A stretch of 64,000 nucleotides of DNA from Callorhinchus milii (taxonomy: Eukaryota). Position numbers and translations under genes: made by a program. The stretch is taken from positions 806,001-870,000 of the forward strand of contig NW_024704752.1 in assembly GCF_018977255.1 (NCBI RefSeq), in the 5' to 3' direction. Shown here piece by piece: positions 36,401 to 49,462 of the stretch. Numbering within the stretch: the first letter of the stretch is position 1; each line of letters begins with the position of its first letter. The notes under the pieces are model-generated. The model saw nothing but the letters and a program-made list of their open reading frames with translations, was not told where the DNA came from and searched no databases.

Positions 36401-39400
36401 GACTGTGCCTTCAGCTCCCCTCTCAACTCTCTTCCCCCTCCTCGCTCCCTCCCTTCCCTCCCCTCACCCTGACCATTTCCCCCCTCCTTGCTCCCTCCCT
36501 TCCCTCCCCTCACCCTGACCATTTCCCCCCTCCTCGCTCCCTCCCTTCCCTCCCCTCACCCTGACCATTTCCCCCCTCCTCGCTCCCTCCCTTCCCTCCC
36601 CTCACCCTGACCATTTCCCCCCTCCTCGCTCCCTCCCTTCCCTCCCCTCACCCTGACCATTTCCCCCCTCCTCGCTCCCTCCCTTCCCTCCCTCACCCTG
36701 ACCATTTCCCCCCTCCTCGCTCCCTCCCTTCCCTCCCCTCACCCTGACCATTTTCCCCCCTCCTTGCTCCCTCCCTTCCCTCACCCTGACCATTTCCCCC
36801 CTGCTCGGGTCATGACCCAACTGTGCAGCGCCTTGGGACGTCCTCCTGACGTGAAAGGCGCTTTATAAATGGAATCTTGTTGTTGTTGTTGTTGTTGCTG
36901 AGTTCAATTCCAGGCAGAGGGCGAAACCTCGGGCAAGTTTCCTTACTCCACACAGAGCCTAATAATAATCCCTCCAAAACCAAAAACAATAATAAATTGG
37001 TCATTTTCAATCTACGACTGTTTGTGGGACATTGCTGTGCGCAATTGGCTGCCGCGTTCGCCCACAAATATACAGTCAATTCACTTTACAGTGTGTTCTG
37101 TGAAGCGCTTTGGGACGTCCTCCCGACGTGAAAAGCGCTATATCAAATGCCAGGATTATTATTATTATTATGTTTAACCTCTTTCCATAGTGGTAATGGA
37201 GTAACCCATTGAAGTGTGTGAATGTAGACTGGAAATCCAATACTTTTTGAAACAAGGTGTGGTCTTATTGTTATGATTTGCCATTAATTTCTCTGCTACA
37301 GGTCAGTTATTTTTCCACTTGTGCATGTCTCAGCAACAGGAAAGAATTCCCAACATTCTACAGAACCATCCCCAGCGACTCTTATCAATCTAAGGTTTTA
37401 GCTTTTCTTGTCAGAAAGTTCGGATGGAATTGGATTGGAACAATTAGAGTCAACAACGATTACGGAAACTTCGGAATGCAGACGTTCATAGACACTGTTC
37501 ATCAGCTTGGAGTTTGCATCGCCTTTTCCGAGTCCTTTTACAGGACCGATCCCATAGAGAGGATAACGGACATTGTGCAAACCGTTAAACGTTCAAGTAC
37601 GAAAGTGGTCGTGGCATTTTGCGCAACACGAGAAATGCGCATTTTGTTCAAAGAACTTTTACGTCAAAACGTCACTGATATTCAGTGGATTGGAAGCGAA
37701 GCCTGGGTTACATCAGATACCCTCACTTCACAAGAAAACACCCAATTACTCGTGGGAACGGTCGGCACAGCAATCAGGCGGTCAGGAATACCGGGGCTGC
37801 GAGATTTTCTGCTCAGTGTTCACCCTTCACGATTCCCCGATAACACTTTAGTGAAGGAGTTTTGGGAAACAGCGTTCAAATGTACTTTAAGATCAGAAAG
37901 CGCGTCAAGTCAGAGAGTCACATCGGGATCACGACAATGTACAGGGAAAGAGCACTTAGAAGATTTACAAACCGCTTATTCTTACTTAAAGATAGACGGA
38001 CCCACCTGCAACGTGTACAAAGCAGTCTATGCCTTTGCCCACGCGTTCCACCACATGTTTTCTTGTGAAAGGGGAAAAGGTCCATTTATGAATAACACTT
38101 GTGCAAATCTTTCCCATTTTGAACCCTGGCAGGTAAGGGGTTCAATGCATTTCGTTGCAAGTCGCATGTTAGTGCATAAACTATGCCGATAGAATTGGTG
38201 ATTCTTTATATTCAACGATGAGCGTCTTCGAATTTATGTCGACGCGTTGTTGGTGCATATAATGTCCTCCACTGCTCTTTGCTTTGCTCCAACAGCTCCT
38301 ACATTATATGCAATCAGTAAACTTCACGACACTGAGTGGTGACAACGTCTATTTCGATGTGAATGGAGACCCAGTTGGCACATATGATTTAATCAATTGG
38401 CAGATTAATTCGGAAGGCAAAGCAGAAATGAAGATCATTGGCTATTATGATGGATCTGCGGCTCCCGGACAAGAGGTTGTGCTGAATGAGAAGGACATAA
38501 TATGGAGTGGTGGGCAAACCGAGGTAAGGCACCCCCTGTCTCCCTGCACCGCCCCCCACCCTCCCTCCCACCAAACAGCCTCAAGAATTTTTTTAAAAAT
38601 AAATGTGTATCTATATAATCAAACGCAGTTGATGCTTGTGATATTCAGTGAGAATTAATTCACTAGGGGTCCATATGTGCCTTGTCCAGGGCGTGGGAAA
38701 GATATTTATTGAGCGTTGCTTGTTAATGCTGAACTCTGTCCCGACGATTTGGGAAATTTGTTCATGATTCGCAGTGTTTGTTTCTGTACACCTGTAGTAC
38801 CTAAACAATCTACAACTGCTCCTCAGGTTCCTCGGGCCATCTGCACGGAGAGCTGTCCGCGTGGATCAAGAAAAGTCATCCAGAAGGGACAACCGATCTG
38901 TTGCTTTGACTGTACACAGTGCTCTGACGGTGAAATCAGTAACGTGACAGGTGAGCTTCACACATGTCAACAGCTTCAGTAGTAACTCTGGCTCTCCGCA
39001 ACGTTTGAAACAATACCTATACTGTATTTCTATTCACCCTATGACTGCAGATTGATTTATTTTAGATTCCACTGACTGCATCAGATGTCCATGGGATTAC
39101 TGGTCCAACCGACTCAGAGATCAGTGTCTACCAAAAGCGACCGACTTCCTCTCCTACACCGAGCCGGTGGGTGCGGCTTTAGCCTCCCTCGCCCTGACTG
39201 GCCTTTGCACGACACTGGTCGTAGCTGCTGTGTTTTTTCAGTCCCGACACACTCCCATTGTAAAGGCCAATAACTCCGAGTTAAGTTTCCTGTTGCTGTT
39301 CGCCCTGTGGCTGTGTTTTCTGTGCGCACTCGCGTTCATTGGCGAACCCTCGGGCCGGACCTGTAAGCTGCGGCGCGGCGCCTTCAGTGTGTCCTTCGTG

Positions 39401-39979
39401 CTGTGCCTCTCCTGTGTTTTGGTGAAAACCGTTCTCGTGCTCTTGGCGTTTAAGACAACAGTGCCAAACAACAGCGTCCTGAGGTGGTTTGATGCCACGA
39501 AGCAACGTTTAAGCGTTTTTATCCTAACGTTTGTTCAGAGCTTCATATGTGCCCTGTGGCTGACTCTGTCACCTCCTTTTCCCCTTAAAAATACCGAGTA
39601 CTACGAGGACATCATCATTTTAGAATGTGCTGTGGGATCTGTGACTGCATTTTACTGGGCATCTGCCTACATAGCTCTGCTTTCCTGTGTGTGTTTCCTG
39701 ATTGCCTTTTTCACGCGAAAGTTACCCGACAATTTCAATGAAGCAAAATGTATAACCTTCAGCATGCTCATACACTGTGCAGTTTGGATAACTTACATCC
39801 CGGTGTATGTGAGCTCTCCGGGGAGACACTCTGTGGCTGTGGAGGTATTTGCTATCTTGATGTCCAGCTTTGCGTTGCTCGTGTGTATTTTTGCTCCGAA
39901 GTGTTACATTATATTGTTAAAACCCGCGCAGAACACCAAGAAGCATTTGATGGGAAAAGAGCCTTCGAAGAGACTTTGA
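33460..39979 (+). CDS. V2R/OlfC-type class C GPCR, gene 4, about 874 aa
   Basis: Exons 33460-33695, 34811-35102, 37302-38132, 38296-38523, 38827-38950, 39066-39979; GT-AG; total 2625 nt in frame. The start could be the second ATG at 33490. Confidence 0.92.
33915..34270 (+). mobile_element. tRNA-derived SINE (older variant)
   Basis: GGTTCGATCCC B box, SINE body and tail. Confidence 0.78.
35258..35607 (-). mobile_element. tRNA-derived SINE with long (AAT)n tail
   Basis: Reverse-complement full SINE. Confidence 0.82.
35625..35975 (-). mobile_element. DeuSINE-like element (SacSINE1/AmnSINE-type core)
   Basis: On the minus strand a tRNA-like head (GGGTTCAAGCCC) is followed by a Deu-domain-like core GATCTCATGGCACTATTCGAAAAGAG...TGTCCTGGCCAA (family recognised from memory). 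Partial relatives at about 32460-32830 and 34470-34650. Confidence 0.62.
36339..37170 (+). mobile_element. tRNA-SINE interrupted by an L2 3' fragment (36394-36897)
   Basis: The SINE head stops at GAGAGACCTG and resumes at CTGAGTTCAATTCC; the insert ends in an L2 3' end plus (TTG)n. Confidence 0.88.
36431..36801. repeat. Pyrimidine-rich minisatellite, about 46-bp unit, about 8 copies
   Basis: Unit approximately CCCTCACCCTGACCATTTCCCCCCTCCTCGCTCCCTCCCTTCCCTC. Confidence 0.92.
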
Positions 39980-40005
39980 ACGTGTGTCACCGTTTAAAGC
40001 CTACA

Positions 40006-40468
40006 TGCATCTAACTGTATACAGTCCACTTGCATCTAACTGTATACAGTCCACTTGCATCTAACTGTATACAGTCCACTTGCATCTAACTGTATACAGT
40101 CCACTTGCATCTAACTGTATACAGTCCACTTGCATCTAACTGTATACAGTCCACTTGCATCTAACTGTATACAGTCCACTTGCATCTAACTGTATACAGT
40201 CCACTTGCATCTAACTGTATACAGTCCACTTGCATCTAACTGTATACAGTCCACTTGCATCTAACTGTATACAGTCCACTTGCATCTAAGTGTATACAGT
40301 CCACATGGATCTAAGTGTATACAGTCTACTTGTATCTGTGTACAGTCTACATGTATCTAAGTGTATACAGTCCACATGTATCCAAGTGTGTACAGTCTAC
40401 GTGTATCTGTGTGTACAGTCCACATGCATCTAAGTGTATACAGTCTGAATGTATCTAAGTGTATACAG
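40006..40468. repeat. 25-bp minisatellite in the gene 4 3' region
   Basis: TGCATCTAACTGTATACAGTCCACT, 11 perfect copies (40006-40280), then degenerate copies. Confidence 0.95.
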
Positions 40469-40814
40469 ATCAACTTATTATGCTTTCTTAACATTTTGTG
40501 ACTATTTAAAAATAAATTCTATAGTGCAAGTATATACTGTATTCTACGTATTCAGTTGATCAACTCGAAAGAAAGAAAGAGTTATCATTCAAGGACAATA
40601 TATTTTGAAACAGTTCAGATTTGTTTTCCAAATCCACCTCCTTTGCTAATTTTCACCAGGTACAAGACCCCACCCCTCCCCCCCCCCCCTCCACCACCAC
40701 ACACACACACACACACACAAACCCCAATCCCATGTTGTTCAGCTGCTGGGATAGCAAATTGTTCATTAGAAGACAATTTGCTGTAACAGTAGTTGCCTTA
40801 AATGGTTGGTTGCC

Positions 40815-41290
40815 CGCCGCCCGCATTCTCACCCGCACCAAACTCCGTACCCCGATTACTCCAGTCCTTGCCAAACCCCACTGGCTCCCTTCACAGAGCG
40901 GATCGACTTCCAGATCCTCACTCTAGTATTTAAATCCCTCCATTCCTTGCACCCCCCCCCCCCCCACCCCGCATCTCTCTAACCTCCTCTCTCCCCACTG
41001 TAGTACCCGCTGCCTCCGCTCTATTGGGTTCGGCCTCCACCGCGTCCCCCGAATCCTCCATTCCACATCGGCGGCCGTGTCTTCATCCACTACACCCCGA
41101 CATTTTGGAATTCCCCCCCTCAACCCGTCGGCCTCGCCCTCTCCTCCCCCATCTTCAGGTCGTGCCTGAAACTTCCTCTCCGACCGTGCCTACAGTCACC
41201 TTCCCCCTCCCCCCGGCTCGGCCTCGGGCTCCGCCATTGTTAAGCTCTGAGACGCCACCCAGCGTGGAGGGCGCTAGTTGTTGTTGTTGG
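40815..41290 (+). mobile_element. L2 LINE 3' fragment
   Basis: AARILTRTKLRTPITPVLAKPHWLP motif and a GTTGTT tail. Confidence 0.78.
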
Positions 41291-41931
41291 TCACTTAACT
41301 TTCCTATAGCATAGTCATCACTAACATGCTCGGTGTGGGGGAGGGGGGAATCCCTCTTTCATTCATATTCCTTTAATGAATCAGCCTTAACATAGGGCAG
41401 TCGGAATATTCACCTATGTCTCTCAAAATGTTCTGGGATTGATCTACGGCTACAGTTTTCTCGAGGTATAATTTCCAGGCATTTCATTATTACTATTTGC
41501 GCATCCCCCAAGAATTTGGAGCATTCTCAATCAAATTGTTTTTCATTTGTTCATGCATACATACGCATAAAATACATTCAAACATTTGTGGCTTTGTGAA
41601 CCTTTGACATAGTATGCTACGTAAATAGATAATGCAATCAATGTACAGATGTAAGAACTGTTATTTTGTTCAGATTTCCCCAGTCCCTCCGACAGCTCAT
41701 TAAGGTGATTGGAATCGAGAAGAACACAGTGATTTTTTTCAAGACTCCCTTAGGCAAAAAGGAAACTTTACATCGTCACATAGTTACCTACTGGAATAAT
41801 ACTGAAATATTTTTGTTTCCCCGAATTTCAGGAATACCCAGCCACCCTATACCTGTATAAATGTTTTGTCACACACTTATTTCACAAATGACAGAAATAC
41901 ATTCGCCATAGTAGGTAGAGTTGCTTAATAA

Positions 41932-44900
41932 ATGGCAATGCACTACCTTTTGTTTTGGTGCATGCTCACACCAATTGTTATGTTGAGGGGGGAAGAATCA
42001 CAGTGCAAGCTGGAAGGAAAGTTTGATTTACCAGCCTTAACGAAAACAGGAGAGATCATCCTTGGGGGGATGTTTAACATTCATTCGGCAAGACTCTTTA
42101 GCGTGCAGAACTTCACAATTTTGCCAAAGCAAACAGAATGCAACAGGTCAGTTCATCCCTGTCCTGATTTTCTGATTTTGTTTTACAAAAAATACAAAAA
42201 CATATTTAGTAATTGCACTCAGAAAAAAAGTTAAATGTGTGTGATATTAGTGCAAGATGTTTTGAGTTACTACAAAATGCAATGCAATGATGTGGAGTGT
42301 CTGTTTAGAATATTAATACTTCTTGCATTTGATCACATCGTTGAAACGTCTCAAAGAGCTTCACAGAATATACTTTAATAAATTGACTGTGTATTTTGCG
42401 GGCGATACATGACACCAATTGGGCACAGCAATGTCCCACAAACAGTAGTGGATTGAATGACCACATTCTTTTAACGGATTATTACCCCCAGAGAGCAATC
42501 TGCCAGTGTACTAACAACCGTGTGCCTACTTGCTGCTAGGTAAACTGAGGTGTGTTGAGTAACAGTACTGAAAAAGATATTTTAAAATGAGCAAACTATC
42601 TTTAAATTGAATTTCCAATTAAATTAATAAAGATCCTGCACTGTGCACTCACTGTGCTTATAAATTAAGCTAAGTTATCCATATGTTGGTGACATACAAT
42701 GGGACCCCCATCAGCCTTCCCAACAATAAGTCTAACAATATATGGGCTTGGTTATTTATTACAAATCTGCTGCATCCACCTGCATTGAATGTTTTAACTG
42801 TTCGACTAACATTTAACAATAAATTTTCCACCGATATATGACCCATGACATTGCAAACCACCAGATAGCAGATAGTGTTATCAATATTACCTGTTACAGA
42901 TACCGTTTAATCAATACACGCATTCTTCAAGAAAGATCATGCTTTATTTTGCAAGTTGGTAAAATTGGTATTGCTGGGGATAATGATGTGTAGAGTAGGA
43001 AATTATTTGGATAGAAATACTGCAGATCAAAAACTCATTCACTGATTACATGTATGACTATATCCTCAAACAATTCTAGTAAGGCGTAGACCATTAGACC
43101 ATCAGTTCATCTTTCCCACCCACCCAGCTTCCTTAAAGGATTCATATTTAATATATCTCTTTACAGAAATCACTTCTAATCCAAATTTTCTAAATCCTAA
43201 ATTCTTCAAATTCCTTTTCCCCGAAAAAAATAACTTGTATAGCCAATCCTCCTGATCTATCATAGATCTCCGACTTATCTCTTATTGAATCTTTTTTAGA
43301 ACATTGATAATATTGTGTCTTTAGTTAAATATTAGGACATATATAGGATACCTTAAATTTCTATAGTTTTCTTTTAAACTGTTTTTGTCTGTCCTACAGT
43401 TTTGATTTCAGATCTTTTCGTCTTGTACAGACTATGATCTTTGCCATCGAAGAAATAAACAGGAACCAAAACCTCCTTCCAAATCTCACTCTGGGCTATC
43501 GGATTCTGGATGACTGCTCATCATCAACCATTGCTACAAAAGCAGCTTTGGCACTTGTTAATGGGATGGAAGAAAGCTTTTCCTTTAATAACTGCAGCAA
43601 CTCTCCGAAGATACCAGCTCTTGTTGGCGGAGGTGGATCCTCAGAATCAATCGCAGTAGCAAGGACAATTGGACTCTTTAAAATCCCATTGGTAAGCTGT
43701 GATCTTTTGTGGCAGTGTTCTTTATCACTTGTTTATGTTTACACTAGAGTTTCATAGAGAAGTTGATGAACTTCAAACACAAGTTTGTCAGAACTGTAGT
43801 GGGTTTTAGACAATTTACATACAGAGAAAAGGTGAACTTTTTCCACTGCAACAGAAATGCTTGAGGGCGAGCAAGGCAGAAGTTTTGGTCATACGGAAGA
43901 CGTATGACAGGATACATGGTACACATTTTTCTTTTTGCTAGAGAATCAGTAACAAGGGAGACATATGCTCTCTAGGTTAAACATGAAGGGAGAATTTCTT
44001 TATTGTTATTAGGGTTCAGAAATCATTATTCACCCATAAAATATATAGTCAATTCACTCTACAGTATATTCTGTGAAGCGCTTTGAGGCATCTCAAAGCC
44101 GTGATAAGGCACTATATCAAACGTAAGGATTATTATTATTATTTGAGTCACAATGTGCCAAATGGCTTACTTCTGGAATGTGAATTCCCCTGGTTCATTT
44201 GGCAGAGAAAAAATGGAATGAATGTTTTCCCCCTTCTACTGGCAATTTTCTTAGCTTTCTATTCATGTATATTGTCTATTTATAACAGGTAAAATCAAAA
44301 CAAATAAGTGCTTCCCATGTTGGGACCTCAAGTTCGAGTGCAATGGCAGTAACATGTTTGATGTTACTACATTTTACTAATATTGCTTCAATTGGCTGCA
44401 GGTTTCATCCACAAAGTATACAGTTGATTCACTTTATAGTGTATTCTGTGAAGCACTTTGAGATATCTCAATGACATGATAAGGCACTTGGTATCAAATG
44501 CAAGGATTATTATTACTACATGTTACATTTAATTCAGATATTCTAAGCTGTTAACTTTACACTATGTAGCACTTACATTTTTTTTAAAAATATATAAATT
44601 TTCCACAGATCAGTTACTTTTCTACCTGCGCATGTCTCAGTAACAGAAAGGAATATCCTGCCTTTTATAGAACAATACCAAGTGACTACTATCAATCTAA
44701 ACTTTTAGCTCAACTTGTTAAAACGTTTGAATGGACTTGGATTGGAGTCATCAGAAGCAACAATGACTATGGTAATTTCGGGATGCAATCGTTTATAGAA
44801 GCTGTAGAGAAGCTGGGAATCTGCATAGCTTTCTCTGAGTCCTTTTCTAGGACAGACCCCAGAGAGAAGATAGAAAGAATCGTAGAAGTTATTAAAAGGT

Positions 44901-47701
44901 CAACAACAAAAGTGGTGGTGGCTTTTTCGGCTACGGGAGAAATGCGGCTTTTATTTAGGGAAGTTGTACGTCAAAACGTCACGGGAATCCAGTGGATTGG
45001 TAGTGAAGCCTGGGTTACAGCAGAACTGCTTTCTCCAGATGAAAGCAATCGATTCCTCACTGGGACAATGGGCCCTGCCATTCAAAGGACAGCAGTGGTG
45101 GGATTACGAGATTTCCTTATGAAAGTCCATCCGCAGAAATTCCCTGGAAATGCTTTAGTAAAGGAATTCTGGGAAACAACATTCAGTTGCACTCTATCGT
45201 CTGCCAAAACAACAAAGGAACCAAATGATTTATCACCATATCAACAGTGCACAGGAAATGAGAATTTGAATGAAATACACAATGCATATTCTGACATAAT
45301 TACTGATGGAAGCTCCTATAATGTTTATAAGGCGGTGTACGCCTTTGCTCATGCTGTGCACAACATGTTGGCATGTGAATACGGAAAAGGCCCGTTTACG
45401 AATAAAACATGCGCAAATGTTTCTATTTTTGAACCTTGGCAGGTAAACGCATTTTGAGCACCAAATATGAAGCACTGACTTTCCAATGTATTGATTCTAG
45501 TTATTACATTGTTTGTTGCTTGTCAAACATAATGTCATACAATCTTTGTTTGGTCACCATATTAATCATTGTCATTGTTTCTGTAAAGCGCTCTGAGAGA
45601 TTACTAGGTGAAGTTGCTACACTATATAAATGAAATTATATTGTTAATCTTGCAATAAAGAATTTAAGGGTAGTGTATATGTACACCTGATGAAACATTT
45701 TATTTTAAAGTTTGCCCATGCTGCATGGTCAGATAAAGACCACTTTCTTATCTTTTTCAGCTGCGACATTATATGCAGTCAGTAAATTTCACCACTAACA
45801 CTGGTGACAAAGTCTATTTCGATTCAAATGGGGATCCAGTCGCTAAGTATGACTTGATAAACTGGCAAAGCAACACACAGGGCTTTCCAAGGATTGTGAC
45901 TGTGGGCTATTACGATGCTTCCACACCTCCCGGGAAAGAATTGATGCTAAATATAAGGAAACTAGAATGGAATGGTGGCAATAATAAGGTAGATATGTGA
46001 AAGAAAAATTAAGTCTTCCGTGTGTTCAAAACCAAATGTGGAGTTCTCCAGCTCAGTGGTTAGAGCACTCACCTCGCAGGCGAGAGGACCTGGGTTTGAT
46101 TCCTGGGCAGGGCGAGGTGGAGTGAAACCTTAGGCAAGTTTCCTTAGTCCACATGCCCCTGCTTACCTAGCAGTAAGCAGGAATCCAGTTGCTAGTCAAT
46201 TGGTGGATCACTTTTCCGGGGATAATAATACCTTCAAATTTTTTTAAAATAAATAATTTGGTCACTCAATCCACAACTGTTTGTGGGACGCTGCTGTGTG
46301 CAATTGGCTGCCGCATTTCATCAACAAAACACACAGCCAATTCACTTTACAGTATATCCTGTGAAGCGCTTTGAGACATCTCAAAGATGTGATAAGGCGC
46401 TATATCAAATGCAGGGATTATTATAAATACAAGGATTATTGGCGTGATGTGCAATGCTATCTATTTACAAACTTTATGTTTATTCATAATGTATTGAAAG
46501 GTGTAATATTGCATACATAACAAACACGTTTATATCAATTTAATCACGGTAAGATCCCACGTGCAGTTTGTGCAGAGAGCTGCCTCCCCGGCACCCGGAA
46601 GGTCCACAGGAAGCGACAACCGATCTGCTGTTTTGACTGCACAGAATGTGCTGATGGTGAGGTCAGTAACACCACAGGTATGGTTTAATCTAGCACATTA
46701 TTTTCAAGTTCGTCTTTCCGAACGTTTGCCCAGATAGCTTAAAGTTTGTACAGTACTGACGTTCACCAATTATATTATTTCTCTCAGATGCGTTGGATTG
46801 CATCAAGTGCCCTTTGGAATATTGGACCAATCAGAGGAAAGATAAATGCATACAAAAAGAAATTGAGTTTCTTTCCTTTGAAGAGATGCTGGGAATTGTA
46901 CTAGTTACGATTGGATTGGTAGGGATCGGCGTAACGTTAACAACAACAGTTATCTTCTATCAGCACAGAGATACCCCTATTGTTAAGGCGAACAATTCTG
47001 AGTTGAGCTTCCTTCTTCTGTTTGCATTGACTCTGTGTTTTTTGTGCTCTCTCACATTTATTGGTGAACCCTCAATGTGGTCTTGCAAGCTTCGCCGCGT
47101 GTCTTTCGGTATTGCTTTTGTTTTGTGCATCTCCTGTATTTTGGGAAAAACAATCCTGGTTCTAATGGCCTTTAAGGCAACGCTTCCCAATAATAACATG
47201 ATGAAATGGTTTGGACCCACACAGCAACGATTAAGTGTTTTCCTTCTCACACTTATTCAGAGTTTAATCTGCGCTCTATGGTTAACATTCTCACCCCCTT
47301 CCCCTGTAAAAAACATCAAGTACTACAGGGACATTATTATTTTAGAATGTGATGTTGGATCTATAACAGCATTTTACTGTGTATCGACCTACATTGGTCT
47401 TTTGTCTGCTGTGTGTTTTATTCTTGCATTCCTAGCCAGGAATCTGCCAGATCATTTTAATGAGGCTAAGTGTATAACTTTCAGCATGCTTATTTTTTGC
47501 ACAGTTTGGATGGCTTTCATTCCAGCTTATGTCAGTTCGCCTGGGAGATATACTGTGGCTGTAGAAGTGTTTGCTATTTTGGCATCCAGCTTCGGTTTGC
47601 TTCTCTGCATTTTTGTTCCAAAATGTCGCATAATCTTGCTGAAACCAGAAAACAATACAAGACAGTATATCATGTCCAAAGATCCTTCAAAGAAGCTTTA
47701 A
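41932..47701 (+). CDS. V2R/OlfC-type class C GPCR, gene 5, about 868 aa
   Basis: Exons 41932-42146, 43400-43691, 44609-45442, 45761-45988, 46554-46677, 46788-47701; GT-AG; total 2607 nt in frame. Confidence 0.92.
46037..46423 (+). mobile_element. tRNA-derived SINE
   Basis: Head, body and tail present. Confidence 0.82.
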
Positions 47702-48264
47702 TCAATTCATTATATGAGAAACACATAATCATTTTTGTAACAAGTGTCTTGTTTGGAAATGCATAATCATGTGATTTTATTCACTAGTTAAATACTTTTA
47801 ATTCTTTTAATATGGTTTCATATGTATTATTCACATGATTCGGGTATTATGAATGCTACCTTTCAATAAAGGCAATACAAGCATGTTAATTTCAAAATCT
47901 ATTCAAGTATTGATTGTAAAGAGAGAACATGCTATATGGCACTGGAAATGTGACAAAAAAGCATTTGTTAGAGAAATACAATGTAGTTTCATGCATTTTA
48001 AAGAATCATTTTCAATTGGACAATAAAGCTTCCAAGAACATCTATTCCACAGAAACAAGGTAGAGCTTATGAAGATCTAACCTTACTATCCTGAAGGTTT
48101 GGATCGCGCCACTGAAGCTGATTTTTCAACAGCTTTTATTACCTATTGCTTCTTTCTAAAAAAAATTGTGACAATTTAATATTTCTATGTCAACATATGT
48201 TCAAAATATTATGTATATTCCTTTCCCCTGCTCCCTCTATTGCAATAAACTGATTGTGTGTAAT

Positions 48265-49060
48265 TGTGGAGTCCTGTAACTTACTGGTTAGAACACTCGT
48301 CTTGCAAGAGAGGACCTGGGTTCGATTCCGGGGCCAGCAAAATTAAGCAAGTTTGCTTACCCCACACCCTCTGTTTATCCAGCAGTAAGTTAGTTGTTTG
48401 GTTGATGGCCTTTCCGGGGGAAATATCCCTTCAAAAATACATTTCAAAATTATAATTTGGCCACTCAATCCACGACTGTTTGTGTGGGGCACTACTGTGT
48501 GCAATTGGATGCCGTGTTTCGCCCACAAAATATACAATCAATTCACTTTACAGAATATTCTTCAGTTATCAGGAGAGGCTGGAGAAGCTGGGATTATTCT
48601 CCTTGGAGCAGAGAAGGTTAAGAAGCGACTTAATAGAAGTTTTTTAAAATCATGAGGGGATTCGATAGAGTGAACAACTGGAAACTATTCCCACTGGCGG
48701 GTCGGTCGGTTACCCGAGGACACTGATTTAAAATAGTTGATAAAGGAAACAGAGGCGAGGTGAGGAGCATTTTTTCGCACAGCGAGTTGTTGGGATCTGG
48801 AATGCATTGCCTGATAACAACTTTTAAGAGAGAAGTGGATAATTATTTGGGGAAGACAAGTTTGCAGGGCTATGGGGGAGAGCGGGGGAGTGGGGTTGAT
48901 TTGGATAGCTCTTTTCAAAGAGCCAACACAGACACGATGGGCCGAATGGCCTCCTTCTGTGCTGTATAATTCTATGATTCTATCATTCTATGATTCTGTG
49001 AAGCACTTTGAGACGTTTCGATGTAATAAGGTGCGATGTCAACTGCAATTATTATTAATT
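48265..49060 (+). mobile_element. tRNA-SINE interrupted by a CR1 3' fragment (about 48562-48995)
   Basis: The SINE body breaks at AGAATATTCT and resumes TGTGAAGCACTTTGAG after a CR1 3' end (GGCCGAATGGCCTCCTTCTGTGCTGT...ATTCTATG repeats). Confidence 0.8.
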
Positions 49061-49462
49061 AATTGAGAAAAGTTGTCCAAAAAGTGTACTTGAAAGAAAA
49101 ATAACAAAACAATAATTGGTGTGTAGAACAACTAACCATCACAATCCCAAATGGTATAAAGGATAATTTAAAAAGTTGCTTCCATGATTATGCAGAGGGG
49201 AAATCCCTGATGAGATACACTAAGATACTTGGCCACAATCGTTACAGCTGACAGTTAATTTTCCAGAAGCACATAGGAAATTATATTCTACTGGGATTTT
49301 AAATAATCTCCAAATTACCTTCCACTGAATTGCATCAAAGGCGGCAATTCCCAGAAAGCCCCGCTGTAGTACAATATAAAACACACATACGGTGACGCAT
49401 ATATTGGACAATTGAACTTGTCTGCTCGGATAACTGCAACTTCTGATTGACGTAAATAGTAA

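Noticed and set aside
40006-40468. CRISPR-like array
   Set aside because: Units are contiguous with no unique spacers, there are no cas genes and the context is eukaryotic; it is a minisatellite.
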